DNA of 63,876 nucleotides, filler included, from Rhizaria sp. SCN 62-66 (Eukaryota): NCBI GenBank assembly GCA_001724265.1. It is 3 parts of 3 records of this genome, joined end to end, with 100 filler letters (N's around TTAATTAATTAA, not from the genome) between each part and the next. Parts side by side here need not be neighbours in the genome. Positions count along the whole stretch, not along the records: positions 1 to 26,040 come from MEDY01000420.1; positions 26,141 to 50,469 come from MEDY01000421.1; 1 more part is not named here. One strand, 5' to 3'. Shown piece by piece: positions 24,512 to 36,222 of this stretch (position 1 is its first letter; each line of letters starts with the position of its first letter). The notes under the pieces were generated by a model. It saw only the letters and a program-made list of their open reading frames with translations, ran no database searches and was not told where the DNA came from. The position numbers and the translations under genes were made by a program.

Positions 24512-25177
24512 GCTGCTAAACACACTGCTGCTGTCTCTTCTTCAGAGAACTGTCACGCTGTAAAACAATCGCTTCTTACAACATAGTACTTTTGTGAGTG
24601 CCGGCTTGCTTCGTGGTTAATTCTGTTGATTGTGGTTTCTTTCAGGAGTATAGCCATTACCGTGCTGTTTATGTTTCATGTTGGAGCCACTTCTTTTAAT
24701 GTGGCGCTGCGGCTTGCTAGCCGATGGCGCTTGATGTTGTTTAAAATTCAGTTCTTGAAACTTTAGCTTGCACTTAAGTCATGCTATTCCTGAACTGTCG
24801 TTTGAATTTTTGTTCCTTGTTGGTTTTTCATGATTCCACTTATTTACATAGTATACACATACATTTCTAGCTCTTCATTTACACCGTCTACCAACTTGCT
24901 TTGTGCGCAACGTGCTCTTGCTAGACACACTTTGGTGGCAGCGGCAGGGGACTCGACAAGAAGCAGGGAGGAGGGTGTAACGGACGGATTTTCAAGGTCA
25001 TTCACGAACTATTTTCATCGACATTCGAAAATGCCACAGCGGTTTCCACAACTCACAAGTACACCACTATTATATTTTTTATTTAAATTCCGCACAGCCA
25101 CCTTCTACCCATCTCGGAGACAGACGAAACAGGAACAGTTCTTGCTCAGTGCTTTAACACTATCTCGACTCCGCGCG

Positions 25178-26040
25178 ATGAACGGAATCCCCTTGCAGGC
25201 GATGCTGGCCCGCCTCAACGGCCAGTATCAGTCCATGGACGCGTCTTCCACACCTGACGCGACGACTGGCCGGTACACGTTCGCGTCGGGCGTGGTGTAC
25301 GAGGGCTCGTTCAGCGACGGCATGTTCGACGGCCAGGGCGTGCTGGTGTTTCCCCATAACGGCGGCCGCATGATCGGCACGTGGCGCAACGGCCGGCTGC
25401 AGACGGGCAAGTATGTCTTTGACGACGGGCTTGAGTACCGCCACAACAACTGGCAGTACTGCACGGACGCAGACCGGCGCTTCTGGTCCGAGATCCAGTC
25501 CGGCATCTCGCTCAACGACGAGCCGCAGCTCGCCGACACGTCTTCCTCCTCTGGCGCCTCGGGAGCCTCCTCGGGCGGCTCGGGCTCCGCGCCCGCGATT
25601 CCGCCGCGCTGCTTGGACACTGGCGACGGCTACTACGACCCGCTGGACCAGTGCGTGTACAACTACGACGGCTCCTACTCGCACGTGCCCTCGGCTGAGG
25701 ACGCCGCGCTGTATCTTGCCAAGCACCGCATCGGCGAGGACCCCGCGCGCCCCGCACGCCGCCGCGCCGCCGCGGCCGCCGCGTTCGCCGCGCAGGAGCA
25801 GCAGGTGCTCGCGGCCGCGCGCGCCGCCTCCGCTGTCGTCGCCGACGCGCACGCCGTGCGCGACGCCGCCGAGTCGGCCGCGCGCGCCTCGGCTGCCGCG
25901 CTGGCCACTGCCACGCACCTGCACGCGGCCGGCGCCGCCGCGGCGTACGTGCACGGCGACGCCGTTGCGGGGCCCGACGCCGTGGCCTTTACCAACGCGC
26001 TGCACGCGGCCAGCACCGGCGCAGGCCCCACGGGCGCTGG
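25178..26040 (+). CDS. MORN5: MORN repeat-containing protein 5-like (3'-truncated by the assembly gap)
   Basis: GRYTFASGVVYEGSFSDGMFDGQGVLVFP, GKYVFDDGLEY...WQYCTDADRRFWSEI, IP..CLDTGDGYYDP match the MORN5 layout. The Ala-rich tail runs into Ns. Confidence 0.85.
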
Positions 26041-26140
26041 NNNNNNNNNNNNNNNNNNNNNNNNNNNNNNNNNNNNNNNNNNNNTTAATTAATTAANNNN
26101 NNNNNNNNNNNNNNNNNNNNNNNNNNNNNNNNNNNNNNNN
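26041..26140. other. Assembly gap / artificial contig linker (N44-TTAATTAATTAA-N44)
   Basis: Ns flank a 12-mer that encodes stops in all six frames; identical to the linker at 50470. Confidence 0.97.
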
Positions 26141-26214
26141 TTATGTGATAGTTCATTTTTGTTCGTGTGAGTTGTGATGACTTATGTGATAGTTCATTTT
26201 TGTTCGTGTGAGTT
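26141..26214. repeat. 33-bp direct repeat (41-bp period) at a contig end
   Basis: TTATGTGATAGTTCATTTTTGTTCGTGTGAGTT at 26141 and 26182. Confidence 0.85.
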
Positions 26215-26627
26215 ATAGTCCGCTCCCCCCCATACTACTACTCTACACAACAGAAATAACGTTGATGGCGACAATTAGTTCAAGTAAGATTAACAATAGA
26301 GCACACGGTGGTGACGCAAACAAACAACATATTTTGCTTTGTTATTGATGCTTGCGTCGCTAAAGGCAATAACAGACACATTAAGTACGTCCATCAAGAT
26401 ATAATACACACATAGACACAGAAGGAAGGAGGGGGGAAGCTATTAACACACATATATCCAAGGCCACAAATATATTGCATGACCAAGAGTTGTCGTAAAA
26501 AAATCATATTCTGGTTACTTGTCCAGCAATCTTGAGTTCGATACACAAATGCACAAAGCATGTTTCGAACAGCAATTGCGACAAAAGCCACGTTTCCAGT
26601 CAAAAACACACACATTCACCGGAGCCC

Positions 26628-29600
26628 TTACTTGCGCTTGTTCTTGGTGCAGGGCTCGATCTGCCAGCGCAGCATGCCGGCCAGGCGGAAGAGGTTTTCC
26701 TGAGCCTCCTCGGCGGTGTCGCCACCGGCAACCAGCCAGCCCAGGAAGTCAAAGCCCTCGGGCGGGACCACGCAGGTCTTGTTCTCGCCCTCCTGGATGA
26801 TTTAACAGCGCGGAATTGGGAGGATATAACACATGGGAGAGGTGATGTGAGGTGAAACAAAGATATACGACACATAATCATCGATATATATATCTCTTCG
26901 AGATACATCACTTTGGCTCAATCGAAAAAACAACAACATTAAGTTCATTTCACAAACTCAATATCACACAATAAAATACCACTTTTAACACGGAAAATCA
27001 CTTTTGTTAACTAGTTGACGAAGTTACGTACGTTGTACCACATGCCGGAACTGATGTACGCGGGGTCGTTCAGCGCCTCGGCCGGCATGTGCAGCACCTT
27101 AATCACGCCCGTGACGGCGGGCACGAAGTTGATCGAGCTGACGAATCGGTACCGCCGCGCGGGTCCCGGCGGCAGCGTCGCCGTGGGCCGGCCAAGCCCG
27201 CAGGCGTCGCCCGCGGCCCGCGCCAGCGCCAGCAGCGACGCCAGACTCTCGGCCTGCGCGGCGGCGGCGGCGGCGGCGGTGGGCGCGGCGGGCGCGGCGG
27301 CCCCGGACGCGGCGGGCGCGGCCGAGGCGGCGAGGCCTGAGCTGAGGGCCAGCAGCTTGGGGCAGGGCAGCGCCAGGTGGAGCGGCGCGCTCACGGGCGT
27401 CTCGGCGGCGAGCTTGGCGAACGCGGGGGCCGCGGGCGTGACGTCGCTCAGCACGTACACGTAGTCAGCAGCCTTCTCGCAAGAGCTCTCGGCGCTCGCG
27501 GCCGCGGTGACGTGCTTGGCGGCGTGGGCGTACCGCTGGCCGAGGTACTGGGACCACGACACGGCGCGGCCCGGAATGGGCAGGCCCTCCTTCGTAAACA
27601 CACTTGAGTTGTTATCAGCGGTCGCGGAGACGGCCTCGGCGGCGGCGGCGACGGCGGCGGCGGCAGCGGCGGCGGTGGGCTCAGGAGCGGGCAGCAGCAC
27701 CGCGGCGGCGTACTCGGCGTCGGGGTCCACCGCGACAACACTCTTCAAAGCCTCCGCCTCCACCTCAGCCTCCGCAGTGTTGGCCGTTGATGCCGCTGAC
27801 GCTGCTGCTGCGTTGTCGTGTCTGTGGGCGTGAGCGTTCGCGAGCGCGGCAGCGCGGGCCCCGGCCTCTGCGCCGGCTTCCGGCGGGTACGAGGCGCGCG
27901 TCTGCGGGTCGCAGAGCGCGAGGCCGCCCGGTACGCGGTCCCAGCCCAGACGGTTCATGTACTCGCCCTCGGGCAGCAGGGTCACGTAGTTCGGGAGCTC
28001 AATGCCGCAGGCGACCTTGATGGCCGCGATGCCCATGTCGACGCCGCTGACTGTGGCAACCAGGCAGTCGACCTCGCTGCCGCCCACGCGCTGGTTCACC
28101 TCGATCGGCATGGCGCAGAAGCCTGGGCCCGCCAGACCGGCCGCCTACAAGCGTAAGCGCAGGCGTGAGGAAGTTAGGGAAATGTTGGGATATGCAGTGT
28201 GGTAAGTGAGAAATGATTTAAAACATCTAGTAATACTATTAAAAACACATGCTAAACCTAAATACAAAATGGCTAACTTGAAAAGCGGGGGAGTTGATGA
28301 ATTCTATATCAGTTCCTGAGCTTCATCAATTTCGTTGATTTGAAGTTTTAAGTCTCTCGATATACGTACCTGGAACGCGGGGTCCTGCTCGGCCCACTGC
28401 ATATTCCTCGCCATCATGCCCTCGAAGTGGACCGCGCCCGAGATGTCCTCGCCGAAAGCCCGGAGGAAGCGCGCGCCCAGGACGCGTGCGGCGATCTGTT
28501 CGCGGAGCGGGAAGTGGGCCGGGACCAGACCTCCGGCCTCCATGAAATACTGCCCGTGGCCGGCCGTGGGGTAGTTGTAGTTGACGCTGATGAGCTTGGG
28601 CACGCCGCGCTGGATGACCATGTCCAGGTCGAACTCGTGCCCAAGAATCAGCTCCTCCAGCATGAAGGCCGAGTCCAGGTGGGACAGCCCCCAGTGGCGC
28701 CAGGCGTTGAGCAGCACAGAGGTCGGCGGAGACTGCGGCCCAGTCGTAGCAGCAGCCGCAGTCGCGGGAGACTCGGGCGCCACCACCGCAGCAGCGATCG
28801 TGGCACTGTTCGAGTTAGAGCTGGTGCAGATGTTGCTGCTGTTGTTGAGAGAGGCGCAGGTGACGTTGCCGGCCGCGGAGACGAAGGGCGAGGAGTTGAC
28901 TTCGTCGCACTGTTGCGCGAAGAGAGTCATGACCTCGACCAGCTCGCTGAACGTGGCGACTTTGCGGACGAAGTTGGACCCTGCGCCCGACAACGGCTTG
29001 ACCACGAGAGGGTACTGAAGCCCGCGCGCCGCTAGAGCGGCCGCCGCGGAGGCGTAGTAGGCCCCCCACTCGGCATCAGTACCCGTGTGCGGGTTCGGGG
29101 CAGCGAGCCGGCTCCGGACCGCCGCGGCCTCCGCAGCCTCCGCATCCACAGTCTCCGCATCCGCAGTATCATCAGTGACAGTACTCTGATGTGTCGCAGC
29201 CTTGGCCTCAGCAGCCTCTGCGACGTTGAGGATGGCGTCGAGGCGGCCACGCGCCAGGTCCGAGATGCGGAAGCGCAGCGAGCGCGGCTGCGGGATGCCC
29301 GCCGCGGCGCACCGCTCGCGCATGCGGAGCTTGTTGCGGACCAGGTTGACAGTGCTGAGCGGTGTTGTCGGCAAGTTCAGCGCCTCGGCCAGTGACGCAG
29401 CAGTGGTAAGGGCGAACTCGTCGAAGCAGACGACGCCCGCAAAGCCCGGGAAGGCGGCGGGCTGTCTCGCGAGCCAGGCGCGGACGGCGGCGAGGCAGCT
29501 CGCAACGTCGGCCGTGTCCTCGAGGATCCAGTCCGCCGCAACAGGCTCGCAGAAGGGGACGCGCGTCGGGTGCAGGAAGACGAGCTTGGCACCGTAGCCG

Positions 29601-30241
29601 CCACGCGAGGGCAGGTGCGGCGCCGGGTGGATGCCGTAGGAGAAGGGACACGCCGGGGACGGCGTCGCGCGATCTAGGGGGCGAATGAGTGGGCGTCGAT
29701 AGCGAGGGATGCAATGAGGACATTGTGGAAGTGTGATGAGTGCGGATCTTTAAGAAGTGCGATTCGACAAGAATATAACCGCTTAAAAGGAAAATAAATA
29801 CAATATATAGATAAAACACATATTGAAAAACGCAAATGCAGAGAATGGAACTAAAGCGCGGAGACCACGGCCCCCAGTGCACGGTTTTAGGGGATTGGGT
29901 TGTGGTGATGTGCAGCGCTGACGTGACTAGGACAGGCGACAGTGACAGGTGGGACGTACCGGCGGGCTCAGCCCAGGCCCCCGTGGAGGTGACGCGCTCG
30001 TAGATCGGCAGGCGGTGCATGCCGCTCGTGCGGCAGACCTGTGGGAAGTGACACAGTGAACATAAGGAACAGATAGAAACGGTGAGGGCAGGGGGAGCGA
30101 AACTGGCGATGCGGCGACCACGTGGCACAGGCGGAGGCACTTAAGATTAGGGACTCGCGAAGGTCCTTCGAGAAAGTAAAAAATATAACATAGACGTACC
30201 AAAATATATTTTCCGCGCAGGCAGTTTTCGTCGTCGTTCAT
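26628..30241 (-). CDS. ATP-grasp ligase (carnosine synthase / L-amino-acid ligase-like) with Ala-rich insertions
   Basis: Exons 30241-30200, 30038-29960, 29673-28370, 28144-27032 and 26792-26628 join in phase. Motifs GVVCFDE, RNKLRMRE, YPLVVKPLSGAGS, MLEELILGHEFDLD, VHFE, PIEVNQRVGG, PPEGFDFLGWL. Stop TAA. Confidence 0.85.
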
Positions 30242-30622
30242 GATCAGAAACGGTCTTGAAATTGCAACTGAAATCAGCGCCTAGTTGCCTCATCTCCGCC
30301 CACGTCGCCGCCATGCGTCCAGCGTCGGACCGAGGGCTCCGCACATCAATCCGGATCGGACCCTAAACGTCCGTCAATAGGGAAACTGACGTGACATCGG
30401 ATAATAATCTACTGCGGTGATTATACTACAGCAATTATTTTTGCTCCAGCACATTGCTACCACCCCACACGCCCCTTTCCCAATGGTCCGTCCACTCGCT
30501 CTACCTCATCTAAGTCTGCTTTCATCGCTCTCTTACCACAATATCACTCGCATATCATATTCAAACTGACTGTTTTCTCATTGCATCTCTACTTTGCTTT
30601 ATACCACCGCTTATAGACGTCT

Positions 30623-33562
30623 ATGCAGCCTCGCCAGGCGCTGATAATCGGCGGCACCGGCTTCATCTCGACCTTCGCGGTGGAGCACCTGGCCGCTGCC
30701 GGCTACGCCGTCACCATCATCACGCGCGGCAACAAGCCCGACGTGCACGGGCCCCGCGTCGCGGCCAGGCTTTGCGGCGACCGCGAGGACCCCGAGGCCT
30801 TCGGCGCACTGCTCCGTTCCTCTCTCACTCTCTCTCTCCAACAACAACAACAGAAGCAGAAGCAGGCAGAGCCACATACTTAGCAGCAGCAGCAGCAGTA
30901 TTGCGCATCTGCGAGCGACGCTAATGCCACCACCGACGCTGTCACGGCGGGCAAGTGGGACGTCGTGGTCGACTTCATCTGCTACGAGCCCGCGGAGGCA
31001 GTCGTCACCGCATCCGCTCTCACCGGCCGTACCCGCTGCTTCGTCTTCATCACCACAGACTCCGTCTACGAGGTCTGCGCGCCACCGCCCGCGCTCGCGG
31101 CCGCGGGCTTCGCGGGCCGCGGCGAGCACTGGGACCGGCTGCTGCCGCTGCCCGCGCGCGCGCTGCGCAAGATGGACGCCTACGGACACAGCAAGTGGTT
31201 GTGCGAGCGCGTATTTAAGCTCGCCAGCGGGCCGCGCTTTCCCTACGTCGGACTGCGCCTGCCCGATGTCATGGGCGAGCGCGAGGCGCCCCGCTCGCGG
31301 CTGTTCCAGCTGCAGGCGCGCACGATGCTGGGGCTGCCGGTGTTTCTGCACAAAGACAAGCAGTTCGTCGGCACGGGCGCTGCGGACAAAAAGCTGTCGT
31401 TCGTCTACGCCGGCGACGTCGCCGCGGCGGCGGTCGCGGCGGCGGCGGCGGCGGCGGCGGCGGAGAAGCTGCCGCACGTGGCCGCGGCGGCGGCGGCGGC
31501 GGTCGCGGCGCACGGGTACTGGGTCGACGCCTCCCTGCTTGCAGCCTCAGCGTCACCGGCAGCGATGACCACTCTTGCTGAGACTGCAACGCAGGCCGCA
31601 GCTGCAACTGAGACCGAGTTGGATGGCGCAAGTAGCGCGAATAGCAGCAACATCAGTGCAATTGTGGCCAGCGACCCTGACCTGAACTGCTACGGCGGCC
31701 TCAGCGGCTTCCGTCCTCTTCCGTCCGATGCGACTGGGACTGGGACTGGGTCGCTTTTGTCTGTTGCGGCCAGCGACGCCTCGCCTTCGTCCGCCGCCGC
31801 CGCGCTGCGCTCAGTCGCCCTCTCTGCAGCCGCCGCTGCGACCGCGCGTCATAACGCGACCGCGGACAGCAACGACCGTAGCGCGAGCGTCAGCAACATC
31901 ACGCTCCACACTGGCTCTAGCTCTAGCTCCGGCTCTAGTAGTAATCCTGCTCGGAGTAATCCTTCTGCTCTTGACGCCGAGGCCGAGGCCGAGGCCGCGG
32001 CGCTGTGGCCGCTGCTGCTGGGGCACGCCCTGAACCTGGCTTCTCACGAGCAGCCTTCGCTGCGAGAGCTCGTCACCCTGCTGGCGCGCGCAGTCGGCGT
32101 GGCGCAGCCTAACTTCTTCTCCACGCAGGAGGAGAGGCTTGCACTCATCACGAAGCCGCTGGATAGCAGCAGTGCCGACTGCGGCGCAGCCAAGGCTAGC
32201 GAGATGACCGACGCTGCTGCACATACATACAACAATGCTGCGCCGGCGACCGGTGGCGCGAGGTCCTACTCGCAGCTGGCCTACGAGTCGATGCTCGCGA
32301 TGCCCGTCTCCACCTGCACCGGTATGCCGCCGCACTACCACTCCCACGTCACGCTTGCTACCAATCTCGGCCTCGGCGGCAACGGCGACAACGGCGGGGG
32401 GTCCGTGCGGAAGTTAGGCCACCCGCAGGCGCAGTGCAGCCGCCGCCGCGTCATCACACACAACGAGCTGTTCTCTCTCTTCTACAAGCCCGATCCCGCC
32501 GTCGCGGCGGCAGCGCGCGCCGCCGAAGCCGAAGCTGCGGCGGCCGCGGTGGCGGCCACTGGCACCCCAGGCGCCGGAGCAGCCGCTTGGGCCGTGGCAG
32601 TGCGGTCCGCCGCGGCTGCTGCTGCCGCGGCTGCTGCTAGTCCTGCAGGTTCTAGCACGATGAGTAGCGGCGTGGGCATTCTATCGTCCGTGGTTAGCCC
32701 GATTGTCGACCCGCTCCTGATCCAGCAGCAGCAACAAGAAGGAGAGTGCGACCGCGCCTGCGCCCGCGCCTGTGGCCGTGAGTGGGCCGCCTACCAGAGC
32801 CCCGAAGCCGTGGTAGCGGCCCGGGCGGGCCTCTGCAAGGCCGCCGAGGCCACCGACTCGACGTCGTCCTCGGACTCGGACTCGCAGTCGCCCTCGTCGT
32901 CCGACTCGGACTCGGATTCCAGCTCTGACGCGAGCTCTGAGTCGGAGGCGGAGTCTAAGGATGGTCGGTCTAAGGGCCAGGACGGTGCTTACACGATCAC
33001 TGAGAAGGACGCGTTCATTGAGCTGTTCACCACCCATTGCTCCTTCCCCTCGCCTTTTACTATGGACAACAACAACAACAGTGACAACGACGCTGATAAA
33101 GCCCGCGCCTCCGCCCTCTCCGCCCTGAGCCCGCGCGCGCTGCTGCGGCCGCTGTGCGCCCGGGAGGAAGACGACGAGTACACGTACCTGCCCTCGACCG
33201 AGCAAGGCGCCATCACGCCCGCGCGCGCCGCGGCGCTGCTGCCGCTGCGCTGGGCGCCGACTCCCGTGCTACTGTGGTCTGGCCGCGCCGCGCGCTGGTT
33301 TCTGCGCGCCGCGCAGTGCGGCGTCGTGCGCACCGACGCAGTCAGGCGCGTGCGCCGCGTGCGGGACCGCGCGCACAGGGCGCAGCGGCGCGCGACCAGG
33401 CTCGCCGCGGCAGCTGCGGCTGCTGCGAGTGCGCGTGCGAATGCTAAAGGCAGTGCTGTGAACGGAGTTAAGATGGACGACGGGGATAAGGCTGATAACG
33501 AGGACAATGACGTTAAGAACGCAAATAGTAGTAGCAGCATCAAAAAGACTCGGAGGGCGTAA
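30623..33562 (+). CDS. NAD-dependent epimerase/dehydratase (extended SDR) with one in-frame TAG at 30881-30883
   Basis: Rossmann motif ALIIGGTGFIS..VTIITRG..LCGDR, then a poly-Q tract containing TAG, then same frame WDVVVDF, FVFITTDSVY, YGHSKWLCE (YxxxK), LRLPDVMG, SFVYAGDVA, GHALNLAS. Stop TAA. Confidence 0.85.
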
Positions 33563-34131
33563 ATAGGTGAGTAAGAGTTTGAATATGCAATAAGAATTAA
33601 ATGTGATCTGTTGTCTTCTCCTGTCTGTAATCCTGAAGACAACAATAAATTGGGTTCGCTTTTAAGAGCGAATAAAATGAACTTATTAATAGAGCAGATA
33701 GTAAAATAGGGGGGTATTTTTGGTGTGATAGATATGTATTGCAAAATTTGCGTGTTTATTTTTGTACACGAAGTTCGATTATCATTAATCTCATCGTTAC
33801 CAACTGTCTCTCTCGTTTAAGCGGGATCGTGCATGGTGTTGTGTGCGTTCAGAGGGGACTTTCAAGCCGACTTTGCAAGTACAGGTTGACCGCTATCGTG
33901 TCTAGACTTGATTTAACATCCCCTCGATATCGTAACACACACAGACGCAAACATACAGCAGATACTGCTTAAACATATCGAAAAAGAGGAACTAGTAACA
34001 AAAAACGCTCTGGCAACGCTCTGGCACTTACCAACTGATGGCGTTGCTAAGGCGCCTCACATCATGACTCACCCACACTCTCAAGCAAAGCGAGAACAGT
34101 CACAAAACAGGAACAAGACGCTTCTGCGCGC

Positions 34132-35478
34132 TTAGAAGAAGGACTTGGAGCAGACGGAGCGGAGCTTGCTCATGACGACCTCAGTGCGGTCCTCATTGGC
34201 AGCCTTGTTCATCATGCACACGTTCTGGATGACGCGGCCGTAGCGGAGCGAGTAGTCGGTGAACTTGCACTCGCCGGTGGTGGTGGAGAGGAAGTTGTAG
34301 GCCTCCTCGCAGCACTTGCCGCACTCGACGGCGGGCGCGACCTCGACGGTGGCGGCCTTGAGCGAGTTGGAAGCACCGAGAATCGAGTTGGAGAGCTGGC
34401 GGAAGCGCATGTCAGCCGAGAGGCGGGACTGCATCTCCTTGACGAGCTCGAGGCCGGTCTCGAAGCGCTCCTCCTCGTCGACGGTCTTGTCCATGTAGAG
34501 GTTGTAGAGGTACGAGAGCTGGATGTCGCGCGAGTCGATGGAGGTGGTGGTCATCGCGAGGAGCTGGTCATTGAGCGAGGGGACGGTGCCAGCAGGAAGG
34601 GCGTGGCCGGGCTCGGCGAGGAAGTCCTTGAGCTTGAGGTTGGCGAAGGAGAGGTCGCCGAACTGCTGCACGTGCGAGCCCTTGACCTGCTTCTTGAGGT
34701 ACTCGTAGTTGGCCTGCAGGGTCTGGTCGTAACCGCCGGGCGCGTCGACGGACTCGAGGAAGGAGATCGAGTACTCATCGCCGAGGCAGGAGCGGATGTT
34801 GGTGCCGCGGACGGCGTCCTGGGGAGGGCAGTAGAAGCCCCACGAGGACTCAACGGAGTTGGCGGCGGTGGTGGCGTAGATGCGGTAGTCATCGGTGAGC
34901 CAGCCGTCGAACATGGAGCCGGACTCGCAGGCCTCGAGGTAGAAGACGAGCTTGCCGAACTGCTTGTTGGCCGACATGTTGATCAGCGTGTTCTTGAGCG
35001 CGCCGACCGTGAGCACGGGGCCGTAGGGCATGGCGATGAGGCCGGGGGAGCCGTGGTCGGAGTAGAAGATGAAGACGTTGTCGTTGGGGCCGGACTTGAC
35101 GACCTTGGAGCGGGGCAGCGCGGTCGAGTTGCCGGAGATGACGTTGAGGAAGTTCTCCGCAGTCACGTCCTTGCCCTGGTAGTCGATGGGGAGGCCCTTC
35201 CAGACGTCGCCGCCGGCCTCGGTGGTGGGCTTGTTGTACACCTCGCCCTGGAAGGGGTTCTGGCGGTGGTTCGCGATGTCGTTGGCGACCATGACGACGA
35301 TGCGCTCGTCGGGCACGCCACCGGCCTTGAGCAGGCGGTACGCGTGGGCGACGTCACTCTGGTGGCGGTAGTTGGAGTAGGTGTCGCTGCCGGCAATGAG
35401 GACAGCCCAGTTGTCGGCGGTGGCGAAGGCGGCCAGGGTGGCGAGCACCGCGGCGAGAAGAGCGAGAGCGAACTTCAT
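34132..35478 (-). CDS. LGMN: Legumain / asparaginyl endopeptidase (peptidase C13)
   Basis: Signal peptide, NWAVLIAGS..YSNYRHQSDV, catalytic SDHG and EACESGS, SSWGFYCP, CLGDEYS, C-terminal prodomain. Stop TAA. Confidence 0.96.
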   Translation of the reverse strand: MKFALALLAAVLATLAAFATADNWAVLIAGSDTYSNYRHQSDVAHAYRLLKAGGVPDERIVVMVANDIANHRQNPFQGEVYNKPTTEAGGDVWKGLPIDYQGKDVTAENFLNVISGNSTALPRSKVVKSGPNDNVFIFYSDHGSPGLIAMPYGPVLTVGALKNTLINMSANKQFGKLVFYLEACESGSMFDGWLTDDYRIYATTAANSVESSWGFYCPPQDAVRGTNIRSCLGDEYSISFLESVDAPGGYDQTLQANYEYLKKQVKGSHVQQFGDLSFANLKLKDFLAEPGHALPAGTVPSLNDQLLAMTTTSIDSRDIQLSYLYNLYMDKTVDEEERFETGLELVKEMQSRLSADMRFRQLSNSILGASNSLKAATVEVAPAVECGKCCEEAYNFLSTTTGECKFTDYSLRYGRVIQNVCMMNKAANEDRTEVVMSKLRSVCSKSFF

Positions 35479-36222
35479 CTATAATGGCAACCGAGTTGTT
35501 GTACGTGTCGTTATTAAGCAGTGGGATAAAAAAACAGCATCAAAGGCGTGCGGAGACGGCGAGTTGCAACAACATGACAGCGGGATGGTGACAAAAGTTG
35601 ATTATGTCAAAGAGGAGCGTGGTCGACGGGAGACGTCGACACGGAGGGTATTTCAGAAACGGAGAGAAAAATAGCAAAAATAGCAAAAATTAATTCATGA
35701 GATTTGCCTCGTAAATGCGGAGTTTCATCAAGGTGAAGTATGTCCTGAATTGAGACGTGTGTGGAGATGCAAGAGGGTTTACAGACGTTCGCTGCAACGG
35801 GTGGGCGAAGACGTCGACGGGAGCAACTAGATACGCCTTGAAAAACGCGCTTGAAGCCAGGCCGCCGAGATATCATAAATAATATAATAGAGTATTTGCA
35901 GTCAGCAGTCCGAATAATAAACAAGCAGTCGCAAGCATGATTCCCAGCGGGCAGATAAACGATGAAAGATTGGTCCCAAGGAGGGGGCTCTCGGTGGGGT
36001 TTCTGGCTGCATGAAAGTGAGGCCGGGGGACACGCTGCGCTGCTCACGGTCACATGCTCGACAACCACAAACGGGTCTCGAATGTCCGTTCACGCATCGC
36101 TTCATCTCATAATAATGACTTGAAGATATATAATTAAAGGATTTTAACTTACGCATTATTTAATATACTAATTTGCTATCCATTCTTCTTTTAACGGATT
36201 CTTCGCTGTGTATATCGCAGAA

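Noticed and set aside
24830-25177. N-terminal extension of the MORN ORF (likewise 60815-61045 for the ankyrin ORF)
   Set aside because: AT-rich, UTR- or intron-like composition without coding bias; the downstream ATG is preferred.
26085-26096. Perfect palindrome TTAATTAATTAA between N runs (also 50514-50525)
   Set aside because: Artificial six-frame-stop linker from contig concatenation. Adjacency across these gaps should not be trusted.
26141-26214. 33-bp direct repeats as a possible CRISPR-like array
   Set aside because: Only two copies with an 8-bp gap at a contig end in a eukaryotic context; a minisatellite or assembly artefact.
34603-35484. Long antisense or alternate-frame ORFs (also 845-1735, 3466-4791, 17254-18156, 23546-24523, 58367-59470)
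   Set aside because: Shadow ORFs caused by high GC3 bias of the true gene on the opposite strand; no independent motifs.
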